NCBI GenBank assembly: GCA_023515725.1
Contig: JALDTO010000251.1
Location: 806,001 to 870,000 of the forward strand
Source of the DNA: Amoeboaphelidium protococcarum X5
Lineage: Eukaryota > Fungi > Aphelidiomycota
Reading direction: 5' to 3'
DNA length: 64,000 nt
In this document: piece by piece, positions 12,149 through 26,397 of the stretch
Position numbering within the stretch: the stretch's first letter is position 1
How the letters are laid out: each line of letters begins with the position of its first letter
The notes under the pieces: generated by a model
What the model saw: only the letters and a program-made list of their open reading frames with translations
What the model was told of the DNA's origin: nothing
Databases searched by the model: none
Made by a program: the position numbers and the translations under genes

Positions 12149-15100
12149 ATGTGGAAGATGTCTCCATCAATGGCAGATAATCCTATATAGTCTTCATCAT
12201 CATCATCACCATAGAAAATGAATTTTTAGCCGGATAAATTATCTGAATCTAAAGATTAGCTGTTGTAACAGGTTGAAAAGTTGTAGAAGGAATAATCTCA
12301 GTGCTTGGAAGAGTTGAAGAAACGTGATACACCCGCCCCTAAAGCTGCACCTAACGCATAGAGTCAAATTTTGTTGAAACAATTAGAGTAAGTCCAGGAT
12401 AGTGCGTAGTAAGATCCCATAAAGCTTAAGGCTGCAGAGTTGCTACGTAAAAGATTGGAGGCTATCAGTGGTGGTGGTGTTGGTAGTTCAAAGGCGACTT
12501 CAGGATCTTCGAATCAAGTCATCACTGTGGATAAGATTGCAGAATTGAAGTAGATTCTCTAGTCTGGCTTTGGAATTACTCTGCCTATATAACAGAATAC
12601 TTCAGAATCGGGCTAATAGAATAGTGTTGATTTTTTAGATCGAGTTCGAGTGGCAGTGTCTCTCAAGTTGTAGTCTGTGGCCAGTATTAAAAATCAATTG
12701 TAGGACATTGATTCCCAGCTAGTAAAACTGGATAAAGAGATGGAGTAGTTGGATTCTGGCTGTTAAAAAGTGTAGAAAGAGAAGTAAAGCCGTTTGGATG
12801 ATTTAAATAGAGCAAGAAGTGATGCGATTGCAAAGTAGAATAATGAACCTCAGAGGGCCGTGGAAATCCCTTCGAGGCCTCAAGCTGATTTTGATTAACC
12901 ATAATCTTCCTCTGTAAATATGAGTAGCTCGGAGTAAGATTTGAAATCTGATTCTAGTATTGTCACTTCTAATTTATAGATTAATAAAGATTCCGCTGCC
13001 AAAGGATCACTTTAAACTGCATCTGTTTCAACTGAACCTAATGCTAAGTCTAACTCCTAAATCGATTAAGATTAATCTGCGGTGGACATTTAAGGTAATA
13101 AAGTTTAGATTAGTTAATCCTAGGCTGCCGCTGCTTTATCGCAACCAGCTGTCAACATCCAGCGTAATAATCAGGACTTCAAGTCCAAGTCTAGTCTAAC
13201 GTAGAATTCGTTGTAATAACTATCGGCACCTCCTGAATCAAAGTAAACTAAAGTGTCAGAGATTGCTTAGTAGTTTTAGAGTACTTAGTTGGCACAAGTT
13301 AATGTCAGTAAAAATCAAACTCCCAAGGTGTAAAACAGTGTGGAGAAGTAGCCAGTCAAGGTGGGTGTTGCCAGTTACGATATGATAGGTCGACTTAACA
13401 ACTCTATGAAGTCGCTTTCAATGTCAGATTTATATTAGAAGGCGGAATCTGATTTATAGAAAGTTGGTGGGTCAACAGAGTTGAAAGAAGGAGATAACAT
13501 ATTTGATGATTAATACGCCATGCCCGAAAGTCCAAAGGTGTAAAGTCCGGTCTTGGAGATGAGCTAAGCCTCTACGTATGAATAATCAGCTCAAGATGTA
13601 AAGATTGCAGTTTATAAAGTCTTATATGAATTTGAAAAGTAATAGGAGAACGACCTGTGCATTAAACCAATGGACTTTATTACTGTGATTACTGGAGATA
13701 ACGCCCAAGATTTTTAGAATTATATTGGAAAATTTATTGGCAGTGATGAGGGATGGCTATATGCTTACTAGACATTTGGAAAGCAGGATTTTCAGTTTGA
13801 CTGTGGATATTGTCCATCATCGTACTGTCAAAAGATTTGGGATTCATCCGTCACTGGGACGAAATTGGTTAAATATACAGCTCTTTATGACTATGAAGGC
13901 AGAGATGGCGAAGAATTGAGCTTCAGTGCTGGAGATTAGTTTATTGAATTGTCTAAATTGAGTCAAGATTGGGCAATTGGTGTGGTCATATTGTCTACGG
14001 ATGTCAATAGATGTAGAGTGGGTCAAGTAGGTAACATCCCATATAGTTATTTGAAATAATAGGCAGTTGTACCATAGATTTAAATAAATCCGTTTGATGA
14101 TCAGGGTGCTGCTGGTGGTGGTTTGGAAAGAGTCATTGGATCGCCAGTTTCTCTTCCTATGGATAGGACGCCCGTAATGTCTCCTGTGAGTAGTATCTAG
14201 TCTGATAAATTGTCTGCTCTCAGTGGTGTTGGTGGTGCCTCTAATAGTAAGAAAGGTATTATGAAGCATCGCCGTAATAGATCGCGTACGAATCCCAATT
14301 TTACAGATGATTCTGTGCAGTTTACACCAGGTAATAGAGGTACTTGGTCTCAGTCTGTCCCTCGAGGTATCTTGGACTCTGTGGGAGAAGATGAACGTAA
14401 GCGGCAGGAGGCAATTTTTGAACTCGTTTAGACTGAATAGACTTATTACAACAGTTTGAGCATTGTCATTGATTAGTACTTGGAGCCGCTATCATCCAAT
14501 AGGTTACTTACTCCCTAGGACGCATATTCGATATTCATGAACATCAAGACTATATACAGATTAAGTGAGCAAGTCTTGCGTTCACTGTCTGAAGCTGACT
14601 CCATGTCGAATTATGTTGTCGATGGTGTTGGCTCGGTGCTTTTGGAATACACTAAAGTTGCAGATAGGCTGCCTGGCCTTCGGATAGACTCATCTCTGGA
14701 AAGTGAATAGTCACTTCTGTGTTATATTCCGTATTGTCAAAATCAATTCACAGCAAGTCAATTGCTATAGAAATTGAGAACGTAGAGCCCTCAACTCTAA
14801 CAATTTCTCAAGACATAGATGCTCAAGCCCGGCGGCAAGCTATTGGATCTGTCCAGTTTTTTGCTGGAGCCAATGCAACGTATCACCAGGTATCCTCTTT
14901 TGATTAAACAAATTCTTCATTACACTCGGAAAGGTCATGAGGATTAGGCGCAATTGATCAAAGCTCTGTCTCAGATGGAAGCCTTACTGCGCGTAGTAAA
15001 CGATGCCACAAGATCGTTTGATAATAGGAAAAAGTTGGAAGAGGTTGTCGGCAAGATTGATCTTACCCCGCTGAAATAGCAAGGATAGAAACTGGATCTT

Positions 15101-16003
15101 TTATCGAATACTAGACACGCCGGACCAAGAGAGTTGCTATATCAGGGCTAGTTGGAGAAAGCCAAGAGTGGTCGTAAACTCGAGTGCTTCATCTTTAATG
15201 ATTCTCTTATACTGTGCGAACCTCAGGGAAGTAATGGTGAGAAGTTTTTACTTTACCGTAGTCCATTTGCTCTCGAAAAGTTGCTGGTCAAGAAAGTGAC
15301 TGCGAATGATTACGATGTCAGTGGCAATCCGGAGCATTGCATTCAACTTGTTAATGGAGATTATTCTGTATTTGTGAAAGCAAAAGATGTCAAAGCTCGT
15401 AATTAATGGATTAAGCGGCTAGAGGATGCTAGTATATCTTATTTGCAGAGCATCAATTAGTAGAAGGGAGCTAAAGGTAATCTATGTAGTTGCGCGACAC
15501 TTGAATTTAAAATTTATATCTTGTAGATTAGCGTAATGTTCCTGTGTAGTGTATTGGTACGGTGAAGCTGCTGGTTCAAGATGTCGGCACTTTGTAGTTG
15601 GAGCCTTCTCTATAGAAAGGAGAATTGTATTGTATAGCAGAAATTGGCTCATAGACTCAGAGAACACGTGCGTCTGCAGTGATAAGTTCCAACATTCGAC
15701 GATTAGGATTTGCCGCCAAGTTCAACTAGTCACTACTCTTCTCCATCAACTCTATTGATGAATAGCTACACCTGCACTTGTATCATTATCAGCGATTCTC
15801 TGAAGATGGTAAGTATATGTCTAAATTAAAGTGCTTATCTTATTGTTATAATGTCGTGACTTTATGTAGAATTGATATCCACCACTAGTATGGCCCTAGA
15901 TTTTCTCGAGTATTACTGCGGGAAAGAGACTGAAGTTGTGTAATTACCGCTCCAGAGCAACACTGGAACTATAAATGTCAAAATGCAATACCGTCCTATA
16001 TGA
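12149..16003 (+). CDS. Intersectin-like Rho GEF (2xSH3-DH-PH-C2)
   Basis: SH3s [11 protein letters not shown] and [17 protein letters not shown]; [13 protein letters not shown]...[18 protein letters not shown]; PH; C2 after two short 3' introns; start 12149 or 12158. Confidence 0.88.
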
Positions 16004-16201
16004 ATAAAGTTTGTTTTTTGAGTTATAGTAGCTAAAGCGATTTGACATGCATCTTCTTGAATTTCTCATCGACTCTTTTTGATCTACAGTACATCTGTCT
16101 TTCTTCTCTGTAGATCTATTGCAGATCTTACCAAAGATCCTAGTTGTATTAAATCAACACCGCAAATATATGAAAGTATAAATTCATTGTACTATTATGA
16201 G

Positions 16202-17335
16202 ATGAGTATTAATGGTTTGTTATAAGACATATCTTTTCTGGTGCTTTTCTCATGGCTGGGTCTGTCTGTCAGAGTATTGCTCGAACACATTAGCCAGTAA
16301 AGCCTACTTCCCTTTATAACTGCGTAATGCTTGGGATGCTTTGTATATGGAATGGTTAAAGCAAATTAATAATTCATAGAGTCTCGATATAAGTTGAAGC
16401 TGGCCACCTATATTCTAGTTGGTTTCTGTGGATCTCTCACCACCTTCTCATCAATGAATATGGATGCTTTTGATAACCTGATTCTATTGTCACCCTCTGA
16501 TGGTAATAAAGATGCTGCATGGATCGCAGAAAATATAGTCACGTTCATGGCTGTTTTTATTATAACTCTGTCTTCTAGTTTTGGTTTGTATAAAATTGGA
16601 TTTGGCTTATTAATTGTGTAGTAATAACCTTCAGAAGATTATCAACTTAATGATACTTAAAGTACTGAAAGAACTTCATAACAGCTTTAGAAATAATCAT
16701 AAGACTAGGGTACTAGACACGATTAGGTGAATTTGATAGAGATGAATGAGCGGGATACAGACATTGAAGATCCAGAGATATAGTCTACAGATGCGTCTTT
16801 GAGAAGTGGTCATAGCAATGATAATGCTCCACTTAAGTTGGCTTTTATCGTCGGAATTATCAGTGCATTGTATGTTTCATTTATAATAGTGTTCATCTTG
16901 TTATCTCCGTAGCTGTAGAATGCGGTTGTTTCTTCACTTTGGTTGTATCGGTGGAATATAGCCTTAATCAGTGGACCTCCTGGGACGATTCTTCGGTGGT
17001 AATTGTCTCGTCTGAATGCTAATACTATTGATAAGTGGTGGAGTGCATTGGGAACTCTTTGTGCTAATACACTAGGAACTGCTGTGCTGGCTGCTCTGGA
17101 GGTGATCATAAGGTTGAAGCCTGACAGTTTAGATGCAATCTCTACCACTATTATAATTGGGCTTTAGTTGGGATTCTGTGGATGTCTTACCACTCTGTCT
17201 ACATTCATTCATGAGTTGAATATTGCGAAATCTAAGCGTGTCAGTATAGCTTATTTGACTGTATCTATCATTGCTGATTAAATATTGTTATTATGCATTC
17301 TAGGCATCCCTCTGTGGATTCAAGATTCAGGCTGA
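16202..17335 (+). CDS. FEX1: Fluoride exporter (two CrcB/Fluc domains)
   Basis: GFCGSLTTFS and GFCGCLTTLSTFIHE signatures, GPPGTILRWQLSRLN, GTLCAN; multiple TM segments. Confidence 0.92.
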
Positions 17336-18187
17336 AATAAAAAATTTGGGAGGAAATTCCCGAATCGTCACTCGGTCGGGCCTCAGCAGGAAGGATCGCT
17401 TCAGTCGCGAAACAGCCAGCCAATCATCATAGTCGGTGAGTCACGCTCCAAAGCCAGGACGCATTTGGGCTTAATGTTTGGAAAAAAATGAGTGTCCGTG
17501 GCAAAATTTTGGTTTTAAAATTGGAATATCTAAATCAATATTTACTCTTTTAACTTAATACTTTGTATATCGAAATATTCCATTCATCTCCTTAGGCTGG
17601 AGTTTTCTGTTTTTTTCTATCGCAATTTTGAAGACAAGTCGTAGTGTTAATTTCCAGTTTGGGTGGGACTCAAACGACAGTCGCAAAAGGCCGTTTATTC
17701 CTACTGACGGGCCGTGTTGAGTAGTCGAACTCAATTTATTGGATTTAGTCAGAAGCTCTGTTGATTTATACTGGCTTATTCACAATATACTTGGTAATCT
17801 GTAGAAAATCACTTTTAAGATAAGCGTTGACTTACGTTTCAAGTACAAGGTAACAGTTGTTACTGGCCCTGGTGCAAGAGACGTTGTTCGACTAAAAGTT
17901 TCAGCTTACTTTCTATTGTCCCTTTTTAAAACATATCTGAGGATTAAGATGGCTGTTGTTTGCTTGTTGAATGTAATTAATAAGGACATCTGCTGATAAG
18001 AATAATTAAATTGACATTAGAATCATAGTATCAAAATTGGAATCTTCTTATATTGGAGAATTGCACAGCATGAACGCGTAACTATTTAATCGTATGTCCT
18101 AATTATCGAGCTTTATGTGGAGCGTCTCTGCCTCTGTCCTATTGAAGGGGGTCTTAAGTTCTCTTATATTGTGTTGGGTTCTACACG

Positions 18188-19195
18188 ATGCGATAGACTG
18201 CGCGCAATATTTTTTCGAGTCTACATACCAACGGTGATGTTCTTTATTTATTGAGGCGTACAAGGTTGAATTAGGGATACGGCAAATCACCGGTATCTTC
18301 ATGTGTGGTCTCAATATTTATACTCAAGAAACAATACGCTGATAACCGTTTACATCCGAATGCTGCGAAAATTGGTTTTGCAACAGTAGATCCCATCCGT
18401 TTCCTAGCAGATGATTGTCTATAATGCTATTTGACGATGGCGTTGCCGCGAATGTTCTCTGACTCTTTAAGCTCTATTACTACTACTCACGCTAGTGGCA
18501 CGTTACAGTCAATTACGAGTTAGCTGCCTGTTACAGCTGCTTCTAACCCAGCTGTAATTGATGAGTCCACTTCTGTGGTGCAGACAACTTGGATGTAATC
18601 TTTATAGTTTACAGCTGCTACTAGTTTTGTATCTGCTGAAAGTAGTGTGTAGTTGTCTGAGACTTTTGCCAGCAGTAGTGTTCTGTATATGCGGATTACG
18701 GAAGTACCCTGGTCTTTCACATCTCTGGACAACCAACATCAAAGTGAATATGAGTTTATTTAGACGCAGTATGTTTGCAGTAGCCTCGCAAAGCAATACG
18801 GATACTCTGAGGTGTTACCAGGGCGTATGCCGTTGTTTCTGATGAACAAATTTACAAATACACTACGATTAAAAAGTAAGATAGTTTTAGGCCAGGCCTA
18901 AATGCGAACCAAAGGATACAAGTAATTCAGTGCCTGCGCACTGAATTAGAAAAGAGTTTTAAGAGAGACGTTTTTAGTATATCAGCTAATGTTCGTGCTA
19001 TTAATATAAGCTATCGTTTTTAATGGCAAAGCTATCACGCCTATTCAGCTGTGTGATGATACAGCATTTCTAACGCATAAATTTAAGTTAGCGTTGAGAT
19101 TACAACGGCGATATAGAATGATGACCTGTAACTAGTATTTATCCACCGAATTCTTGAATCAACAACCGTTGACAGAAGCTTTTGTCAAAGTCTGA
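18188..19195 (+). CDS. Possible Ser/Thr-rich hypothetical protein or gene relic
   Basis: About 335 codons without TGA from ATG 18188; S/T-rich middle; no motif recognised; long ORFs arise more easily by chance with a single stop codon. Confidence 0.3.
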
Positions 19196-20839
19196 TTGCT
19201 TATAGTGTTGCCCGCTCAAAATCTATAAACGCGTCTCACCTTCTCAAACTCATGACAACTAATACATTTAAAGCCTTTAGCCAGATCAACTAGCAATTAC
19301 TTAAACGCAGAGACTAGGGATGCACATATATACTTGACCATTTGTCTACAGAATTTAGAGGCAGTCTTCTCTTACCACACGTTGTTCCAAGTACTTTACG
19401 ATTACATAACTGAATAACATTCTCAGGGATTACCTGATCAGTCAAAAGAAATTCAGTACCTGCAATCCAACACTGTTTAAAACTACCTAGTCTCAACACT
19501 CCGTGGCAGAAATCAAGCTCTACTTCTGAATTGATTGTTAATCATTCACGATCTTCATATACAGTTTTTGTTCTGATCGATTATCTTTTCTTGACTCAAC
19601 TAAACTACAACGCGTCCTTGATGTTCCCTAGCAGACTGAGGAGAGAGACCATAAATGGCATTCTGTTTACTCGTTCACTCATAAAACCGTGTGAAGGTAT
19701 TTAAGCTTTAATCATCCATAACTCTCCTTGTTGTTATTTCAGAGTGCAACAGAGAGGGACGAGTAGAACTCAATCAGTGTGAAACAGCAAGAAACTTCGT
19801 GAGAAAAGTGAATCCGCTTTGTGGCCAAACTAAAGAAGCTATTTAAAATCTGAAAACAGAATTGTAATCTACGCGTCAAATTAGCCAAGAATGCAAAATT
19901 TTAGATAGTTTGAACGTCTGAGGAAGAAGTTTTTTTTTGATGACGAACAGAATTTCCGGAAGCTCTCAACCTAGGATTTGAAACGAATCGCCCAAAGAGG
20001 AAATGCATTGAAACCGACTGGCTTAATAGCGAACTACGTTCTGTTCGCGTTGCTCACTACTCTTGGTTCGCAAAAATGAGAGCGTGTTCTATGACTCGTG
20101 TCGCGTACAATGAACGCGTTGGAGGATATTTGATATGAGCAACACTGACTTATCCAAGACGTCGCCGACTTTATCTATTCGAAACCTCACAAAAATTGTT
20201 AAAGATTTGAAAAAGGAGTTTATCTCTGTCGTGGACTTGTGTATCACAACCAAGTTTGCGATTGTTGTTTAGACACCTCTGATTAGATTCAATTCAGATC
20301 TACTCAAAACGTTGATAGTATCCTTCAGGCGTTCCATCCTTATGAATCCATCCACTGATCGTTTCAATTGATACCCATGATCGGGTTTGACTTTTTCAAC
20401 ATAGATTGGCCATAATTTTTAGTTTGATTCATCGCCTGAATTTAATGCTAGCATGATGTGAGTATGTGGCTTCATGAATGAGATTTTTGCGCTCTCAGGC
20501 AGACATCATAAAAAATTGAGATTAAAATATACTGTACTCAGTATAAAGAGCAAGTTAATAAGATTTCAAGATGATGATTAATGTAAATACAGTTAGTAAA
20601 TTTGGGAGAACGCGAAAGAGACAGCTTAAACAATCGTTCTGTTCTGTTAAAGACGATTCGGGATGGGCTGAGCCGCGCGGCGATGCCTTAATTTGTAATT
20701 TCATGTTATGTATTATCAATGGTGTCTTTCAGCCTTTCTATTTAATGTAGACAAAGGGAAGACTAATCAATTCATTATTTAAACAGCATTATATTTTCAT
20801 ACATCAAGTGCAATTTATAGCCATCAAAGTATAAGCATT

Positions 20840-21370
20840 TCAAAATTACAATGCTGAAAGAGCCACTAAACTTACAACGGTCAGCAACATAGAAGAGAGA
20901 ATCGGCCATGAGGTGCGACCAGTGTTGTTTGAAGTGCCGTTAAAGCCTGGACACTTGGTGGACACGTATGCAAATTGAGTGTAGTTGGTGTTTGACGGAT
21001 AAAAATTTGACTTTGGTCCGCCATTTTGCAAGTATGGGACCAAAGTAGAGCCATTTGGAAACCCGCCACAGTAAGACGCATCCACAGCAGAGTATGACGC
21101 GCGCGAACCGCCACCGCATGATGTGTTGACTTGGACAGAGGTGTCTTCCTTAATGCAAAATACAAGAAGATGATAGTCCTCCTCTTATCCGCAGCAGATT
21201 GAGCCATTGAGACACGCCGACGACAGATTTTTAGGCGTGTCACAAGCAGCGCCGAATATACCACCAAAGGAGTAAACAACCTCAGGTGAAACTATTTACG
21301 CCATGCCGGAGAATACAACCACAACGATTTTGAACATAATCATCATTGCAGTTAATTATTGTTATTTCAT
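20840..21370 (-). CDS. Small Cys-rich secreted, probably GPI-anchored protein
   Basis: Hydrophobic N-terminus, 8 Cys, several NxS/T sites, hydrophobic tail WPILSSMLLTVVSLVALSALQF. Confidence 0.7.
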
Positions 21371-21510
21371 GAAAACAATGCGGAATGCAGATTCGAAAGC
21401 TTTAAAAATAGTGTTCGTATTAACCTTGGAAACAAAATCTACTAGATTCATTAAATTGATCGAAACCATAATAATCTCTCATAGCATGCATTGTCTTTAT
21501 AAAAGATCAA

Positions 21511-22539
21511 TCAATTCATATTGAGCAACTTCCTTAGTGGATAAAAGACAAATAATGTCTTGAATGGATTAGGCATTCGGGCATCCAGAGCTGACTAGAT
21601 GCCATTGAACTCCTGCTCAATAGTGATATCCCATTCACGCTTGTCAAAGATGTGCTCTGGTATAATTTAATGCTGCAACACCAGGTAGTCCACGGCCTTC
21701 TTCATATTGCTATCATCGAATAGCGACGGTCGATTGTTGGCACCACCACCACCAATAGAATTCAGATTGTTAATAGAATCAGAAGATCTAGCCTTTTTCA
21801 TCTGTCGCTTGCTCATTCCAGTGCCTGAAGCACCGCCACCTACTTGCTATTTACCGGCAAGTTTATTGATACTATCACTACTACCGCGCGGACTTCCATT
21901 AGGAGATTTCTTGGACTTCTACTACAATTACATTTACTCCCTCTTCAGTGCCAACAGTCTCAAGCCGGCTTTAATCTACAAATAGTTTACAAACTGGGCC
22001 GCATATTGCACACAAGCAGCACCGATTAGTACCAGAAGGAAGGAGGCGGTGACACTCAAATTCTCGCTCTTTCTAAAGTAGAATTTACTACCACGCCAGA
22101 ATGGTATGCCCGTGTGCAGCCAGTGATTATAACGCGCCCTACTCTGATTATCACGTAGAATCTTGGACACACCGCCGAGCACTTTAAATTTCTTATCTGC
22201 ATCTGGAGCATCATTCTTGTCCGGGTGATACTGGAGGGATAGCTTCTTGTACGATTTAGTAATCTCCGCAGCGGGAGCATTGTCAGGCACATTGAGCACC
22301 TCATACCAATTCTTACCCTCACCGAAATACGCCACCATGTCATCCATCAGATCCCAAATTCGATAATCTAGTTCACGGCGCTACTTTTCAGATGGATCTT
22401 CATATTGGCCTTAGTGTTGCTACTACTGCTTGGATCCGCGGAGAGTATCTTCTTGATCGCTATCATCGCTCTATGCAAAAGTAGACAAAGAGCATAAGCT
22501 CAAAGCTATTAATAATAATGGCCAGGTGATTACTCTCAT
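21511..22539 (-). CDS. ER membrane J-domain protein (Erj5/DNAJC1-like)
   Basis: Signal peptide, LDYRIWDL, J domain with HPDK, RARYNHWLHTGIPFWRG, TM helix. Confidence 0.88.
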
Positions 22540-22758
22540 TTTGGAATCGCTTGCTGTTAATCTAAAACGAAATTAATGTTGATTAAAAGATGCGCAAATG
22601 ATTAGCGACTTGAATTCTTAAAATCCTGCCGCGCGATAATCTAAAAGCTTTAAAAGAGCCCTTATGACAAGCAGGCAAGACAATAGAACGAAGAATGAAT
22701 AGAATCACTATTATGAATCTAAATTTACATTTATTTAAAATTATGCAACTGAGCTAGA

Positions 22759-23038
22759 TCATTAAGATTTCTTAGTCAAAGCGAGCCATTCAGCTTTCCA
22801 TTTATTGGAGCAACTGACACTTTCGCCGCCCCGATCAAACAGTCTGAAGCAACACTGACGCAAAGCTTCAACCTCCTTCAAACACTTGTCTTTGTCATAA
22901 TCTACGCGTTTTCTTATTGCAGTATGGTTGGATTAAATATTTTAGTACTAAAGAGAATAATCTCTTACCATTCCGCACTAGGCAATCTTGTATTTCGCAA
23001 GCAAACTTTTAGCAAGGCGGTCTCTCACTCTTTCCCAT
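22759..23038 (-). CDS. CMC4: Cx9C-motif mitochondrial protein (p8-MTCP1 family)
   Basis: PPCQKFACEIQDCLVRN/DYDKDKCLKEVEALRQCC...SVSC with one intron; absent from the ORF track. Confidence 0.88.
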
Positions 23039-23207
23039 ATTCTAATCAGGAGATTGTCAGTGATGATGAGAAAATTAGGGGAACGCACCTTATAACACTT
23101 AGGCACAAGAAAGAGAAAGAGAAAACGCTCCGACAATAGCACACAAGCTCAAACTTTCGCGTTAAAAGAAATTGATAGAAATACATAAATCAATGAGAGT
23201 GATATTA

Positions 23208-24827
23208 TCATTTCTTCAATCTCGAGGCAAGTTCTTGCACCAGATTTTCGCGTTTAACTAATACACCCATCTTGATAGCAGGATCATCAGTCATGAGCTT
23301 CATGTCTTTGATACGTACCTGCCCATTCTTCACTTCATCGCTACCAATAATCACACACCATGGAATCTAATTCTCGCTCTTATCACAGTAATCAAACTGC
23401 TTTGGCAACTTTGGCTTGTTCTTGTACATGAAATCGGCACTTATACCGGCATCCCAGAGTTCTGCACAAATCTTCATTCTCTCTTCCAGCAGTCCATCGA
23501 TGGAGGCCACATAGACATCAGTTGATATTTGCCTCTCCTTGGTCTGTTCTTGTTCATGCTTATACTTCAAGATTGAGTAGATACGCTCCACACCGACAGA
23601 GAAGCCAACACACGGAATCTGACTATTCTTACTCTGGGCGAACATACCAACCAGATTATCATAGCGACCTCCTCCTGCAATAGAACCAACACCGACACCT
23701 TCATCCTCCTTAGACGTGGATGGAAGATTGATCTTCTCAACAATGGCCTCATAGATAACACCAGTATAATAATCAAGACCTCTGGCTAGAGAAAGATCAA
23801 AGCGTACATACTTGGACACGCCTAGGATATCCAAAAACTTGAACATCAACTTCATATCATCAAGTCCCTACTTGGCAGAGGTGTTGCCAGCAATACGATC
23901 ATCTTTCAACAACTGCTCAATCAGCTCAGAACCGCCGCTCAACTTTACATACTCCCCAATAGCGTCCGCAGTCTAATTATTAAGTCCCTTCTCTATGATC
24001 ATCTCATTCTTGACATCGGACCACGCCATCTTGTCAAGCTTATCCACGGCCGAGCAGATACTTCTAAACTTATCAGCTGGCACACCACAAGCCTCAAACA
24101 TACCATCCAAGATCTAGCGATGATTAATCTTCACCAAAAACTACCCAATGTCCAACTCTTTCAAAATCTCACACATCACGCGTACACACTCACTATCGGG
24201 GACCATGCGCTCATACACACCGGCAATGTCATAATCGCACTGATAAAACTCGCGCATCCTACCCTTGGTCATTACAGGTTAATCGCGGCGGTACACCTTG
24301 GCAATGTGATACCTCTTCATCGGCGTCTTGCAGTCAGTGTTGGTGGCCAGATAACGCGCAAACGGAACTGTGAGATCATAGCGAAGGGAACACAGCTCGC
24401 CTCCCTGGTCAGCCAGGTCGTAGATGAGTTTACTATCTTCACCATACTTACCTTGGAGAATCTCTTTCAGCTCAAAGACGGGCGTGTCGATCGTCACGGA
24501 GCCATGACGCTTAAATACCGTAGTAATGGTCTAGAAAATCTTCTCGCGGATAGCCATATCAGCTGGTTTGTAATCAATAGTTCCCTTGGGAGTCTTGACA
24601 GTGATCTTGCCATTCTTACTCGCATCTGCAGATTTAGCGGTAGACTTTAAATTAGACTTGTCACCACTATCTTTGGCAGGACTCAATTTCTTAATCTACA
24701 TCTTGATATCCTTCAATTGTTGCGTGATTGGAGTGATCTCTTCATCACTGGCGTTCTAAGCGCGCAACTGCTGCATCTATTCTATCAACAGCTTCTACTT
24801 CTCTTATAGATCTTTAATGTCAGACAT
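23208..24827 (-). CDS. HTS1: Histidyl-tRNA synthetase
   Basis: [54 protein letters not shown]; WHEP-like N-terminus. Confidence 0.98.
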
Positions 24828-25029
24828 ATTTAACAATTAAGATATGTTAATTAATCGCTGCTACTGCTGCAATGAAAGGCGTCGAGTTTCTTGTAATTTC
24901 CGCGCAAATCTCTGCATGAATAATAAAGAGTGAAAAAGAAGCGTAAAAGTACCGTAGATGGAGTAGGTGTGATCTTATAACAAAGCACAACTAAACTTAA
25001 TACAAAGTAAACAAGTCATTTTAGTATAT

Positions 25030-26397
25030 TCAAACATGGTTCATTTCCAACTTGACAGCATTCATATACAATTGCAGATTATTTCCTAGCTCCGCAATGG
25101 AGTTATTAATGTTTTACTCCATCAATTCTTAATCCTCAGTCAGAGTAGCAGTCTTGGGCTGTAGATCAGCGATAATATCACGCTATTCTTAAATTTACGG
25201 ATTATTAGACTGATTGCGCTACTAAATGTAAGACGTCCACTCAGATTACACCTTGTCAAATTCAGCTTTCGCTTTCATCACCTTCTAGTCCAACTTGGTC
25301 TTGAGCAATTCCACTTTCTTCACTTCAGTCTGATGCATTTGACACAACTTGCCGACACGCAGCTCAGCCTCCTTTACACTACCAACCATAGTGGACACTT
25401 CATTCTCCAAAGTTCTGACTTCATCCTTAAGATCAGTCAACTGATTATTTTACTAAGAACATCCATTCAGCACAGAAATACATTCCATCAGATCATGCTC
25501 AATCTGCGATAAAGATCCAATTTTACTTTCAATTTCATTACGCTTCTGCTCCTCATGCTGATAATGAGCCTTCAACTCTTTCTACCTGTCTCTCAACTTT
25601 CTAATGCCATCCTTCAACTCTTGTGGGTTCGGTACAATTAAAGATTGCAGTCTCTGACACTCTTCATTAAGAGCTTGAATCTATTAACTAACATTCTCAA
25701 TTTTACTCTCAACAGAGGAGCATTCTTACTAGGCAGCATCTCCCCTCTTTCTCAACTTGTCACCATCTGCCAGGCGTGACTGAACCATATGCGACAATCT
25801 GATATTATCATCCTCCATCTGGGCGGCTTTAGATATCTACTCCTACCTCTTTCTCTTCAAATCATCCAGCTTCTATTTTAATTACTAGTGCTTCACAATG
25901 GCAGCCTCTTTCTACTTTAGTATTTACTCAGACTTTGCAGCCAGTTCCTCGTAGATGCTCATTGAATCCTCTCTGAACCGCAGAAAGTTAACCAGACCAC
26001 TCAGAATTACCTTGATTCTATTAGGATCTGGCTTGATTAGATCCTTGATACTAAACTCGCCCACTCCAACAACATTCTCCAATAGGGCAGTCAGCTCCTT
26101 GAAGAACCACATGTGCGGCAGGGAATCCTTGTGCAGTTGAGGATGGTCACAAGTTTCAGAGAGAAGTTGCATCACGTAGCTATTAGCAGAGGTATCATAT
26201 TACCCAATGTATCCATACTAAATGTGCATAATAGCGGCGGCAAACTCGACAAAGAAGCGCATCATATTCTCCTTGTTCGGCTTCTACAGGTCATGATCAT
26301 TCAGTGGTAGACCAGTTGCACTCATGCACTTTAACAGATCATTATGTGGCAGGATAGGAAAAGTCAACTGAACCTTTCTATTCTTTGGAGTAGTCAT
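25030..26397 (-). CDS. NUF2: Kinetochore protein Nuf2
   Basis: FPILPH, DLQKP, FSIKDLIKPDPNRIKVILSGLVNFLRFRE, long coiled coil with LIVPNPQELK. Confidence 0.92.

Noticed and set aside
17345-17480. U3 or C/D snoRNA, RNase MRP, 5S or tRNA-like RNA (minus-strand GAGCGTGA, ATGATGA, CTGA)
   Set aside because: No box A or convincing guide, spacing atypical and no cloverleaf; needs an Rfam cmscan
24120-24650. Long supplied antisense ORFs (also 51792-52280, 60976-61374, 13844-14269)
   Set aside because: Lie opposite well-supported genes and have no motifs
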